Origin: Octopus sinensis
Lineage: Eukaryota
NCBI RefSeq assembly: GCF_006345805.1
Contig: NW_021834671.1
Location: 1-46,313 of the forward strand
DNA length: 46,313 nucleotides
Direction of reading: 5' to 3'
Shown one piece after another: positions 1 to 13,876 of the stretch; the stretch's first letter is position 1, and each line of letters opens with the position of its first letter. The notes beneath the pieces were generated by a model. The model saw only the letters and a program-made list of their open reading frames with translations, did no database searches and was not told where the DNA came from. A program made the translations under genes and the position numbers.

Positions 1-529
1 CACCACTCCACCGTTCATTTATCACCCTTCTTACCTCCCTCACCCTCTCTCTTTCTCTCTCACTTTCTCTCTCTTTCGCCCACTGCCTATCATATATCTT
101 TCTATCAATACAAGTATATAAGTAGTAATAAATGTGTGTGTATATATATATATATATATAATATATATATAAACACACACACATATATATATATATGTAC
201 ATACATACATATATATACATATACATATATATACATATATATATATATACATATATATACACATACATACATATATATATATATGTATATGTATATACTC
301 GCACACATATACGTCCATACGTGCGTGTGTGTGTATATGGAGCAAGGTGTCATGTGCCCAGCATCTTCCGTAACTGACCGAACGTTATCACCATGGTAAC
401 TTGATATCACGTGTGAGAAATGAAGATGCATCTGTTGAAATGTCAGTCTAATTACATCTCGGCTTTTTATTTGCTTCGGAATCTGTTTGTGTGGGTGGGG
501 TGAGTGCAGGAGTGCGCGCGTGTGTGTGC

Positions 530-566
<37 letters not shown>

Positions 567-1082
567 TGAGTGTGTGTATGTGTGTGTACCTGTCTCGCTT
601 TACGTATGCCTGTGTGTGTCGTCATATATAAACTGACATCCACTCACAAGCAGATACACACACACACACACATACTAATACACATATTTACATATACGTC
701 TGTGCGTAATTAACATAATATACTATTTCTAAATTCATTTTTACATTTGTATACACACATACAGGCACACGCTCACAAACACACATACATACACACACAC
801 ACACACATACACACACATACACGCACTCATGCACACACATATGCATATATATGCATGTTGTTTTTCTTTTCTGAGTAAATTCCATTTGTTATTACGAACG
901 GAATAAAGGAACTTCTGCTTTGACGGAATGGCGGATTACATTCAGAAGGAATAAAACACAAACAGGAAACAACAAACAGTTAATAAAACAATAAAATAAT
1001 AATAGGTTCTCGTATTTTCCATAGTCTTTTATTTGCCACACACACATACACACACACAAACACACACACTCACACACACACA

Positions 1083-1123
<41 letters not shown>

Positions 1124-3067
1124 ACACTCACACACACACACAAACACACACACACACAGATTAGTATTTAAAAGAATCTGATTCGAGTGTATGCGTAGTC
1201 TTCTAATTGAAACTTAGCTCGTTCAGGCTCAGGTAACAGAATATATATCTATCTATTCACATAATATAACATGATTTATATATATGTGTGTGTGTGTTTG
1301 TGTGTGTATGTGTGTATGTATGTCAAAACGGCTATTTCTTCCATGATCAACATTTCCAAATAACATTTTTGGATCTTTAGATTTTACTCTTGTAATGTGG
1401 GCTGTTCGGTGAGTGATGCCCCTAATGCTAACGAAATTAAGACTTCAGATAGATAGGGAGTTTTTTCACCTCATCAGAAACAGAGCCAACACCTTTAAGA
1501 ATAATAATATTTCCTGCTTTTTTTTTTTTTTTTTCGTATTTTCACTTTTAACTTCTTAATTTTCTGTAATTGAAATGGCTCCCGCTGATGACCATTGAAA
1601 ATTGTTAAAAATTATTCTCTAAATTTTTGTATCTATGTTGAATTACAACTTCTTCGGCACAGATATAAAAAAAGAAAAGTTTCCTTGGTACCAATGTGTA
1701 GGATGTTCACACCGTTAGGAATTGTGCCGTCACTAATTCCCAACAACCATTTCCGGTTACATTTCAACCACATAATAACAAAATTCTGTCTTTTCTTCTT
1801 TCTATAAAAAAATTCCATCCAAAACATCGCAAGTTTTTTTTTAATGGTGCTAGCTACATTTACTTACGCCACCAAACATCGCCTTCAGTAAGATCTCTTT
1901 CCCATTCCCCGCCCTTTGAGAATTGTGGAGCACTTCAGCTTTTCGTTGTTATCATGAGATACTTCTTTGTCCATTCCGAACGTGGTTAGCATTCTCAATC
2001 GAGTAAGGAATGGTATTCTTGTCACACCTCAGAAGAATAGTGAGGCATTTCAGTTTTAATTGAATTACATCGGTAGATAATTATTTTCCTATTTTGTTGG
2101 AGATTTAGAATAACACATTTGAATTCCAAAATTTGAAATATAAAGATGAAATTTCAATGTTTGTAATATCGAATTTAAAATTCCATATTAAAGTACTTTA
2201 TATAAAATACCAAATTTGAAATGCCAAATTTGTAATTCTAATTTTAAATAATTTCGAAATGTTAATTTAGAAAATTCAATTTTCAAATTTCAAATATGAA
2301 ACGCAAAATCTAAATCTTTTATTTTCTTATTAAATAACTGAAATTTCGAATTCTTTAAACTCAAAAGTGGAAATGGATGAAGACCACGTCAAACCAGTGA
2401 ACGGTAAAGTATATTGACTCATTATTTCGGATTACAATAATCATAGTTGATAAATTACGAGGTTTTCTTAAATCCACCGCCATTTTATCCGTTTCTCCTC
2501 CGACGCTTCATCCTCGCCGCCATTTTCTCTGTCACCCAACTGATGTTGCTAACACTACAATTGCATAATGTCAGTGTCAATAATCCTTATTTCCATCCTC
2601 TTTATAAAGACCCAGATTTTGATGAAGGAAAGGTTGGGGCCTATAGTCTTTCCATGTCTTCTAATTCTGAAGAAGTCGATGTTGTTAATGTTCCGTTTTA
2701 TTTTGAAACTGTTATCAGTAAACATCGGCAGGAAAGACATGAGCAAGGAAAACACTTCAGTGGGGAAAGGTTTTCTGGGGGAAGGACTAGGGTTAGTCCT
2801 TTTTCCCCTAGAAGAAGTGCAGATCCGAGTGTGGCGTGCACATAAAGTGTGTCATGAGATTGAGAGGAAAAGAGAGGGAGGGTCGCTGAGATGAAGAGAT
2901 TATACTCAGGGACGGTATAAGCTATCCATTTACCCCAGTATATTACAGGTACTTTATTGTATCAACCCCAGAATCAAAATGTTATGTCGACTTCTATGAT
3001 ATTTAAACTTATTGCATGAAGAATATTTAGTGGCGATTCTGTCAACGGAGAAAACCACATCAATAAT

Positions 3068-3250
3068 AGCCTGAAATTGTTTGGGAGAGGGGTCTAGTCG
3101 ATTACACCGTCCCTAGTACATGACTGGTACTTATTCTCGCGAGTTTGAAAATGTGAAAGACAAAGTCGACTTCGGCGGAATTGTCGAGACGGGCGAAACG
3201 GCGCTAAGTATTTTGGCCGGTGCGCAAACGATACTGCTAGTCCACCGACC
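3068..3250 (-). mobile_element. SINE family B copy, diverged
   Basis: CTGGTACTTATT...GAAAGACAAAGTCGACTTCGGCGGAATT. Confidence 0.6.
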
Positions 3251-3267
3251 GAGTAATACAACTACTA

Positions 3268-3365
<98 letters not shown>

Positions 3366-3378
3366 CAACAACAACAAC

Positions 3379-3450
<72 letters not shown>

Positions 3451-3457
3451 CTTCCTA

Positions 3458-3824
3458 GGCGCAGGCGTGGCTCTGTGGTTAGAAGCTTGGTTCCTAACCA
3501 TATAGCCCCGGGTTCTGTCCAACTGTGGGGCCACTTGGGCAGGCGCCATCTTCTATAAGATTCGTGGGTGAACTTGTTAGATGGAAACTGAAAGAAGCTC
3601 GTCGTATAATATATACATGTATATATCTTAGTGTATGTCTTTGCATTTGTGTTTGTCCACCACCACGGCTTGACAACCGGAGTTGGTGTGTTTAATGCCT
3701 CCATAACTAGCGGTTCGGCAAAAGGCACCGATAGAATAAATACCAGACTTAAAAAAGAAGACTTCAGGTCAGTTGGTTCGGGCAAAACCCTTCAAGCAGT
3801 ATGGCCGCAGTCAAATGACTGAAA
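3458..3824 (+). mobile_element. SINE family A copy
   Basis: Same head, body and GCAGTCAAATGACTGAAA tail as 43697-44093. Confidence 0.75.
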
Positions 3825-4839
3825 AATTATTTAGTCACAATGTCTGACATTTTCGGGGAGGGTGGTCAGTCGATTACATCGACCCTAGTACATGACTGCT
3901 ATCGATCTCGGCGGTATTTGAAAACTTAATTTAAAACTGATGGAAATCTTTTCCACAACCAACGTTAATTCGTTTTCTCAAATGACGCTCTACAGAAAGA
4001 TGCCATCCAGAAAATATGCTTCTTGTAGAGACGCTTATATCTGAATAAACGAGGAGGTAGTCACGGTTGGAGTATCTTTTGTTATAGATTTGTTTGTTAA
4101 AAAAACTGACCTGGGTTAAGCAAAAACAACAGCAACGATAAATTTTGTTTAATTGATTTTCTGGTATCAATTATTGATCCCATTTAGAAATATTTCGTTA
4201 CTTTAGGATGTTTTTTTTTTACTTTTCAAAATATTTGGCTCTGTCAAGTGTTTCAAAATTGAGGGGAATTTCTTAGTTTTTACTAATTTTAACAATTTTT
4301 TATTTCTGTTCCGACCATATTTTCTCTTATTGGGCTAAAAAATTACAAATTGAGGGGGAAAAATTAAAAGGAAAATAAAACGAATAAGAATGACATGTTT
4401 CAGAATTTTGTAATAGATTTCGGATTGAGGAATCGAAAATTAAATTCCAACTGGCACTGAAATATCTATTAAAATATCAGAAATTGGTATCGATTAACTT
4501 TCTCTGTCTGTCTCTCTCTCTCTCACTCTCTCTCTACCCATCTATCTATATCTCTCTCTCTATATATATATGTATACATGTATGGTGTCTATATATGCGT
4601 GTGTTTATATATGTATATATATATATATATATAAGCACACACATATATATACGCACCATACATGTATGTTTCTGTACATGTGTGTGTCTCTCCCTATCTC
4701 TCTCTATATATATACAAATATATACATATATACATAAATATTACGCGCGCACGCACACACACACATATAATTAGTATCGTATGTATGAAATCCTGACAAA
4801 GGTATTTTCTCTGTGTATAAACATATTTATACACTTTAT

Positions 4840-4926
<87 letters not shown>

Positions 4927-5497
4927 CATATATATATATGCATGTATATATGTGGTGTATGTGTGTATGTGTACACTTACATCAATATATATAATAATTA
5001 ACTTGTTGATTAATATGTGTATACACACATGTATATAAACTAGTTATTAGTGGAATGGAAACCACATTTTGGGTATAATTCTAAATATAAAAGCTTTTAA
5101 TAAAACTATTTTAGTCTTTAATAAACATCCAATAATAGCCTCGCAGTGACAAAGAAATTAGTTGGAAATAGAAGTGACTTGAGCGGGTTCGAATCCCGAT
5201 GAAGGGAAAATTGTCAGATTGATCTTATCTCGACTCACGACAGGATAAATAGATTGGTCTGGTTAATTAAAAAATATTATGCATATATATGGATGAATGT
5301 GTGGGTGTATGTGTATATGTGTATACACATATATATAGGTATGTATATACATATACATACACACACGTCTCTCTCTCTCTATATATATACATATCTATAT
5401 GTGCATGTGGATATATATACGCATATACACATATAAGCATATGTAAGAATATATTTCTGTGGATGTATATGCATTTGTGTGCGCGTTGTGCTCATAT

Positions 5498-5533
<36 letters not shown>

Positions 5534-5631
5534 CCGGAGTAAACACATAAATGTGAGACAAGGTGGAAAAAAGAGTACTCAAATACCAGTGGTAGAGTAA
5601 TATGCTTTATTTTAAGCAGCAGAAAATTCAA

Positions 5632-5680
5632 CAAAATCTGTTACTCTGAGTTTCTCGTTGCCGTTCATCAGACAGTTTTG
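5632..5680 (-). ncRNA. Type I hammerhead ribozyme motif, mirror copy
   Basis: Reverse complement of the 5723-5772 motif within the palindrome, differing by one A in stem I. Confidence 0.75.
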
Positions 5681-5722
5681 CTAGAATGGAACTTATATAT
5701 TAATATATAAGTTCCATTCTAG

Positions 5723-5772
5723 CAAAAACTGTCTGATGAACGGCAACGAGAAACTCAGAGTAACAGATTTTG
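5723..5772 (+). ncRNA. Type I hammerhead ribozyme motif (Penelope-type, minimal)
   Basis: Stem I CAAAAACTGT/ACAGATTTTG (one mismatch); CTGATGA 5733-5739; stem II a-CG-GCAA-CG-a; GAAAC 5750-5754; stem III ACTC-A-GAGT; GUA triplet 5760-5762. Confidence 0.75.
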
Positions 5773-5798
5773 TTGAATTTTCTGCTGCTTAAAATAAA

Positions 5799-5849
<51 letters not shown>

Positions 5850-6605
5850 TCTACTTCTATTAAAATAAATTTTGGTTCAGTTGCTGATATCAAATTTTAA
5901 GGAATAATTTTTGTGGAAGCCCCTCCCACTCCCACCACTACTTGGCATTTCGATTAAGGAAAATATTTCAATTCCCTTTATTATTTGAAATTTCAAATAA
6001 AATTTTTTAAATAAAACTTTTAAAAATAAATATAAATGAAATAAAACGCACAAATTGATACTAGTGCTGTTATGGATTTCAAAATGTGTGTCAATATATA
6101 TACACACATAAACACACACATACACACGCATACACATACGTATATATATAATATATATATTATATATATATATAATATATATATATATACAGATATATAC
6201 GTATGTGTACGTGTAAGTGCGTCTGTGTGTGTGTATCTGTCAGTAGTGGGGGGGGGGGCACCGTTTCCTTTTATCACCAAAGATCTACTTTTTAACTGTG
6301 GTCGCTGTGCGCCCTACCGCTCTCCTTCAACTTACTTTGACCCCTCACCCCTTCTTTCTACTCCCCATTCGATCCGTGCTACTTCCTCTTTTCTTTTTTT
6401 TTTCTCTTTCACTGTCTCTTTCCGTATTGCTCACCTTGTGCTTCAAACTGTTGACCTTCATCCGTTAACCTATCTATTCCTTCCACCCACATCCCCCCTC
6501 ATCACCCTACTTTCTTCTTTTTAATCCCTTTACAATTCATCTGCTCACAGAATATCCGATATTACACGTAGACACGCGCACGCACTCATACACACATTCT
6601 CTTTC

Positions 6606-6643
6606 TGTCTTTGACGAAAGATATAACCCCGAAACGTTAGATA
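6606..6643 (+). ncRNA. Degenerate minimal hammerhead motif
   Basis: TGTCT-TTGACGA-aagatataacccc-GAAACGT-T-AGATA: 5-bp stem I, loopless palindromic stem III (ACGT), C3U change, decayed stem II. Confidence 0.5.
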
Positions 6644-7110
6644 ACTTACTCATCAGTTAATTGAACTCATCCAACCTTCCTAACAATTTTTATGTCCAGA
6701 CAATCACCTTTTCTCTGAGATTGGTGATTTGATCACAACTATATGGAAATGTTTCCCTTGTCTCGTGGGGCTGGCTTCAAGAAAGTTGCTTACCAATTTG
6801 GCTTACGTAATCGAATAGATTAAAGGTAAATCTCTCTCTCTATAGAACGCCACACAATTTCATATGAACGCACTCATTGCTATACGATTAACAAGTTTAC
6901 TCTCAGCCACCATCGCTACCACCAATAACAGTGAATTTAGTGCTGAGAGTATTGGTAGCAGTTTAGGTTGTAGTGTGTACGATGTAGGCTTTGTGGGTTC
7001 AATCTCACTAGACAGTATCTGTTTTTCCCGCAACCCCAGATTTTCCAACAGCTTATGTGGGAAATTTGGTCGAAGGAAACTGTGGAGAAAACCGTCATTT
7101 GCTTTGTGTA

Positions 7111-7166
<56 letters not shown>

Positions 7167-7522
7167 CGTTTGTGTGTGTGTGTGTGTGTGAGTGTGTGTG
7201 TGTGTGTGTGTATGTATTTGCGCACGTACTTCAGCGAAATCTACACACATTGGCAAGAAATTGCCGATGCAAAGGTGTCTCGAACAAAACGTATCTTCTG
7301 CTATCTGTTCAACCCTTTCGACTGAAGAGGAAATATAGCATTGTGTGGATGCGTGTTGCGTGTGATTGCGCGTGTATATACGTGCGTGGGTATGTGTATG
7401 TATGTATATATATATATATATTATATATATATATATCACATATGTATATGTGTATATATATTTTGTATCATATACATATATATATATATATATACACGTC
7501 ATATATGTATAAATACAAATGT

Positions 7523-7553
<31 letters not shown>

Positions 7554-7685
7554 GAAATACATATATGTATATATTTAAGCATATATGTTGACATATATAC
7601 ATATGTATGCGTACATATTTATACATATTTGAACACGCACATTTATCTATCCATCTATCAATCTGTCTGTCTGTCTATCTATCTA

Positions 7686-7720
<35 letters not shown>

Positions 7721-7924
7721 GTCTGTCTCTCTTTATATACATATATGCACATGCATGTACAAATATGTATAGGTATGTACTTCTGCGTGTGCGTTGTAGG
7801 TGTATATGCATATGTGTGTATTTCTGTTTATATATTAAGTATATATGCATAGACATATATTCCTTTAAACTTATCTATATGTGTACATACATATATATAT
7901 ATTATATATATATATTATATTATA

Positions 7925-7967
<43 letters not shown>

Positions 7968-8747
7968 TATATACACACACACACATACACACACACATGT
8001 ATGTATAAAAGCGGTATGGGTCGCCAGTTATAGCATTCAACCATAACTGATATCTTCCAAACACTTCTTATCACCTACTTTCTCCTTTCCACTTCTCTCT
8101 CCCCCTTCCCTCTCTCTCACCTCAATCCATTATTTACTACTTATGTTTTATTTCCATTCGTTCCTTCCATATTTATCACTTTTTTTTTTATATGAATACT
8201 TTCCCTCTTTCTCTCCTTCTCGCTGCTTTGTTTTTCCTTTCTTTGTCGCTTTCGTCCTTTCTCTTTTGCTTTCCTTCCTCACTTCCTTCCTTCATTTATT
8301 AATTCTTTCTTTCGTTTGTTTTGGCTCTCTCTCTCTTCCCCCTTTCTCTCTCTTTGTTACATTTTCAATTCATATTTTTTTTGTTTATTGTGGATATAAA
8401 CCAACCAAACACACAAACACACCTCAAACACAAAAACATGCTAAACGTATGAATATATCATAATTATAGATTTGAATATATAGGTGTATCTGCATATGCA
8501 TATGTGTACATATACATATATACATAGATACATACCACAACACACACACACACACACACATATATATATCTGCAGGTTGGCCCCAATGTAGGTTTACTGT
8601 TATCACGAAGGCACTTTAAATTTCACTTAAAACATTTTATTACGTTTAAATTTCTATCTTACAAACTGAAAAGAGAGTTTGACAAAATTAACTAAACTAG
8701 CAGAGAATAATGGTTTCATGTTTTCTTATATTGATAGATAGACAGAT

Positions 8748-8955
8748 AGCACGTCAGGCGAAATTGTTAGCAGTATTTCGTCTGCCGATACGCTGTGAGT
8801 TCAAATTCCGCTGAAGTCGACTTTGCCTTTCATCCTTTCGGGGTCGATTAAATAAGTACCAGTTACGCACTGAGGTCGATGTAATCGACTTATTCCCTTT
8901 GTCTGTCTTTCTTTGTCCCCTCTATATTTTGGCCCGTGCGGTCAATAAAGGAATA
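8748..8955 (+). mobile_element. tRNA-derived SINE family B (core GTCGACTTTGCCTTTCATCCTTTCGGGGTCGAT..AAGTACCAG, resembling the Meta/MESC domain)
   Basis: B-box GAGTTCAAATTCC plus a conserved core repeated about a dozen times in the window. Confidence 0.75.
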
Positions 8956-8980
8956 TGTATATATATATATATATATATAT

Positions 8981-9145
8981 ACGACAGGCTTCTTTCAGTT
9001 TCCATCTACCAAACTCCACACACAAGGCTCTGGTCGCCCCAAGGCTATGGTAGAAGATACTTGCCGAAGGTGCCACGCAGTGGGACTGAACCCAGAACCA
9101 TGTGGTTGGGAAGCAAGCTTCTTACCACACATCCATTCCTGCGCC
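8981..9145 (-). mobile_element. SINE family A, 5' half
   Basis: Homologous to ~43930-44093. Confidence 0.75.
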
Positions 9146-9365
9146 TAATGTGTAAGAGTCACAATAAAAACATGCAAGGCATTTCCAAAGTAAAATACTT
9201 AAAACTTATCGTAGATGCTGCCTCAATTCCAGTTTGTTCGTACGTTGGCATGTATGTGTGTGTGTGTTTGTTTGTTTGTGTGTTTATGTGTATCTTTATG
9301 TCATTGTCCATAAATTAGGGGTTGGACAAATATGTATAGATAAAATTAAAACATCAGTAATATAT

Positions 9366-9410
<45 letters not shown>

Positions 9411-9681
9411 TGTATATATATATATATATGTATATATATATACAGATATGTGTGTGTTGTAAGTGCATGTGCACACATATACATTGGCTGCAATCTGGGA
9501 CTTGATAAACGCCAGCCAGGTCACCTAGGAGAGAGGGTCCGATGTTGAAAAAATCGAAATCCCCGGAGACCCCAAGAACATTACGGTCAATGCATCACAG
9601 AACATCTGCAAGACTGATTGTAGAATTATACATACACACACACAGTTTATATATGTATTTATTGTTTATACACACACACAC

Positions 9682-9736
<55 letters not shown>

Positions 9737-10409
9737 CGTGTACATGTGCGCGTGCAGAGCGGGGAGTTAAAGTTTAGTTTCCTCCATAATTGTTTCCTGC
9801 CGGAAGCTGGACATTTGTACGTCAATTATCCTACAATGAACGGTGGAGATCGTGATTGGACATGACAATGCATGTCGGGACATGTCTAGACTTTTGGAGC
9901 TGGTTTCTCTCGATCAGATCAATTTAGGATTTGGTTATATAGGAGCTTTGTTTGCAAAAGGACGTTGACATCACGTGAGTTGGACACTGCTTACGTGGGT
10001 TCAAATCTTGGTCGGTGCACAGAAGATTTCTTGGAAATTCAGTTGCGACGATGAACGAAAGACGTAATATTTCATCTCATTGCTTTTCGACAACCAAAAT
10101 TTCTTAATGAGGTTCAGATAGATTTTTCCTGTGTTCAGTTTTGGTTAATGAAGAAGTTAATTTTAGGTCCATAATTAAATGAACAACACAAAATCTCTCT
10201 TACAGGTTTATTTATAAGTATAAGCGTTGTGTGCTTATATGAGCATGCGAGTGTATATAAATTGGTTAGACTAAATAGAAACCAGTATTGGAAATAATTG
10301 AGACCAGAACAAATAATGTGGGGATGAGACTAGGTTGTTTATTGTATATTTATTTAATTTGTTTGTAATCGACTTAGCGTCTTCACCGGAATGTTCGCGA
10401 CCTTCTAAC

Positions 10410-10510
10410 GATTCTGTAGCCTGATGAGGAGCGACACCTGTCATTGGTCAATCCCATTGGCTGAATCCATTGGCTGAATCATAACTGTATAGTAATTTAT
10501 CAGATTCAAT
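10410..10510 (+). ncRNA. Degenerate hammerhead motif
   Basis: CTGATGA 10421-10427 ... ATAAC-TGTATA-GTA 10481-10494 (GAAAC mutated, near-palindromic stem III). GATTCTG/CAGATTC is a stem I remnant. Confidence 0.35.
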
Positions 10511-10552
10511 AAGGATAACATGAATATTCTCCGCTGTACACACACACACACA

Positions 10553-10652
10553 CACCACACCATACCACACCACACCACACCACACCACACCACACCACAC
10601 CACACCACACCACACCACACCACACCACACCACACCAAACCACACCACACCA
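10553..10652 (+). repeat. (CACCA)n pentanucleotide microsatellite
   Basis: About 20 near-perfect units. Confidence 0.95.
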
Positions 10653-10933
10653 CACTTTGCGCTGTACAGCATGTCAGTCACTACAATGTCATAAAGGCAG
10701 ACTATGTTCCGCTGACGAAAATCATAACCGTGTACACAATAAGGTAGAAATAATCTGAGTTGTCTCCCTTGCACAACCCAGTCCCCAACGCCGCCAATGT
10801 CCACTTAAATCGTGTCTCTGTTCACAGTATTTAAATCTATTCTGATTACTTCTGGTCTTAGAAGGATTCTAAATAATCCAACGACCTTATAATAGTACAC
10901 TTACAATAGAATAGAATTGACCAGTGATTATTG

Positions 10934-11196
10934 GTCTTCTTCTTCTTCTTCTTCTTCTTCTTCTTCTTCTTCTTCTTCTTCTTCTTTTCTTCTCCTCCTT
11001 CTCCTTCTTCTTCTTCTTCTTCTTCTTCTTCTTCTTCTCCTCCTCCTCCTCCTCCTCCTCTCCTCCTCCTCCTTCTTCTTCTTCTTCTTCTTCTCTGTAA
11101 ATATGCTTATTAATATTATCATTATTATTACTATTATTACTGTTGCTGGTGTTGTTGTTGTTGTTGTTGTTGTTATTATCATTATTATCATTATTA

Positions 11197-11251
<55 letters not shown>

Positions 11252-11260
11252 GTTATTATA
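10934..11260 (+). repeat. Compound (TCT)n-(CCT)n-(GTT)n-(ATT)n array
   Basis: Direct reading. Confidence 0.95.
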
Positions 11261-11559
11261 TTGCTGATGTCGTAATTATTGCTGCTGTGTTGGTCAATTG
11301 TTTAAACTCTGCGAAATATTCATAATTTCTTTCCTCTCTTCCTTCTTCCAGGCAGGAAGTTGGCTCCCACTGTCATGGGCGTGGGGCGGGAGAGGGTCAC
11401 CTCCCACCGCCACTGACCTCTCTGATCCTCCGACGACATATTGAAATGAAATATTCGGCTGCGAGGACAAACACAGATAACAATTAACAATGGACTTGGT
11501 CTCCTTAAACGGCAGACGACATCTTCCACGCCGTCTTTCTGTTTCTCTGTCTCTCTCTG

Positions 11560-11593
<34 letters not shown>

Positions 11594-12497
11594 CCTCTGT
11601 CTCTCTCCCTCTCTCTCTCTCTCTCTCTCGTTCTCTTCCCTTCATTCTTGGCGAATAACAATTAACAATGGAATTCTTGCCCTAAATGAAGTTAATGATG
11701 GACAATAATTAATACGTCCTACTTCTCCTTCATATACCACCATCACCAGCACCCCCAACAATAACAACAACAACAACAACAACAGCTATTAACATCGTAG
11801 ACCAAATTTTGCTCACAGACAGAAATAATGGAACCAATGAAACCGGAACTTCTCCAAGACACTCCTTTCCGTGGCAAATCCAAAGATTTGATAACAGTTC
11901 TTACAGGAAACAAACTTACGGACTTCAAGACTTTAGTTGTTCATTCAATTTTAATGAAATCCACTACTTCACTGATTCTTGTTTCCATCGGCAACGGAAG
12001 AATGACAACCAAAGTTCATGGCAGGACGTAACCGATTACCGCAAGGTATTATGGGAAGCGTTTAACGATTTTGATGTCGTCTGACAATAAAATTTCTGAC
12101 GCACGCAAAGGGCAGGATTTCTTTTGAATTTGTTTTGAGGTGGGGATGGCATTAATCAATTACATCGATTAATTTATTTTATCATCGGCAGAAGAAGGAC
12201 GAAAGACGAAGTTGTCCTCGGTGGAATTTGAACTCGGAATGTAAAGAGCTGGAGCTAATGCCGCTGAACATTTTCCCTCAAGGCTGCAATAATTCTGCGA
12301 ATTCACTACCTTTGTGGCGCAATTCAAAGAATTTAAGAGAACGGCTGAGGGTAGGGTTAGTGCCATAACGACAACTAAATTCACGGGTAATTCTATATTC
12401 TGTGGACCCCGGAATAATGCAATCAGAATTCGAGCCGAGTGGGATTTGAACTTAAAAACACAAATGCCACAAACATATCCGACGGCCTCGTGAAGGA

Positions 12498-13194
<697 letters not shown>

Positions 13195-13227
13195 TAATAA
13201 TAATAATCTTTTCTTTTCTTTCTATAT

Positions 13228-13640
13228 GCACAAGGTCGGAACTTTTGGGAGAGTGGCTAGTCGAGTATATTGACCCCTAATGCTTAACTGGCCCTTAATT
13301 CATTGACCCCAAAAGAATGCACGGTACATGTCGACCATGTTTGGATTTGAAATCAGAATGCCAAGACGACGAAATACCGCTAAGCATTTCGTATGGAGTG
13401 CAAATAGCACTGCCAGCTCGCATTTCATTATAATAATGGTTTTTAATTTTGGCACAAGGCCAGCAATTTCTAGTGTTTGCTAAGCCTTTTGCATCAAGCC
13501 CAGTGCTCAACTCGTGCTTGTTTCATCGACCCGGAAATGATGAAAGGCAAAGTCAGCTTTGGCGAGAAAACTTCAAATCAGAACATAAAGACGGACGAGA
13601 CGCCACTAATTGTGTCTGGCGAGCTTAACTTGTCGGCCAG
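13228..13640 (-). mobile_element. Two tandem diverged SINE family B copies (~13228-13420, ~13449-13640)
   Basis: GCACAAGG tail and core remnants occur twice. Confidence 0.55.
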
Positions 13641-13819
13641 TTGATGACGATGATGATGATGATAAAAATGATACTGATAATGATTATGATGATGATGATG
13701 AAAATAATGATAACATAAGCAATATCAGTAATGATAATATTAACATAATATTAATAATCACAGCATGAAGGAAAATTATGAAAACTATTTTTATATCTTT
13801 CGATAATAATGATTTCTTT

Positions 13820-13876
<57 letters not shown>

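Larger units (their letters stand above)
5533..5799. mobile_element. Penelope-like pLTR remnant in inverted (palindromic) arrangement, inside (TA)n
   Basis: Arms 5605-5701 and 5702-5799 are reverse complements with a single 1-nt indel and no spacer. Each arm has a hammerhead followed by AATAAA. (TA)n on both sides. Confidence 0.65.

Noticed and set aside
1430-1490. Minus-strand CTGATGAGG motif
   Set aside because: No proper GAAA/UH partner or stem I.
2686-2720. CTGAAGA near 2666 followed by GAAACTGTTA near 2705
   Set aside because: Neither stem I nor stem II can pair; likely chance.
5185-5225. GGTTCGAATCCCGATGAAGGGAAAATTGTC as a tRNA or hammerhead
   Set aside because: Only a B-box-like word with no cloverleaf; more likely an old SINE head.
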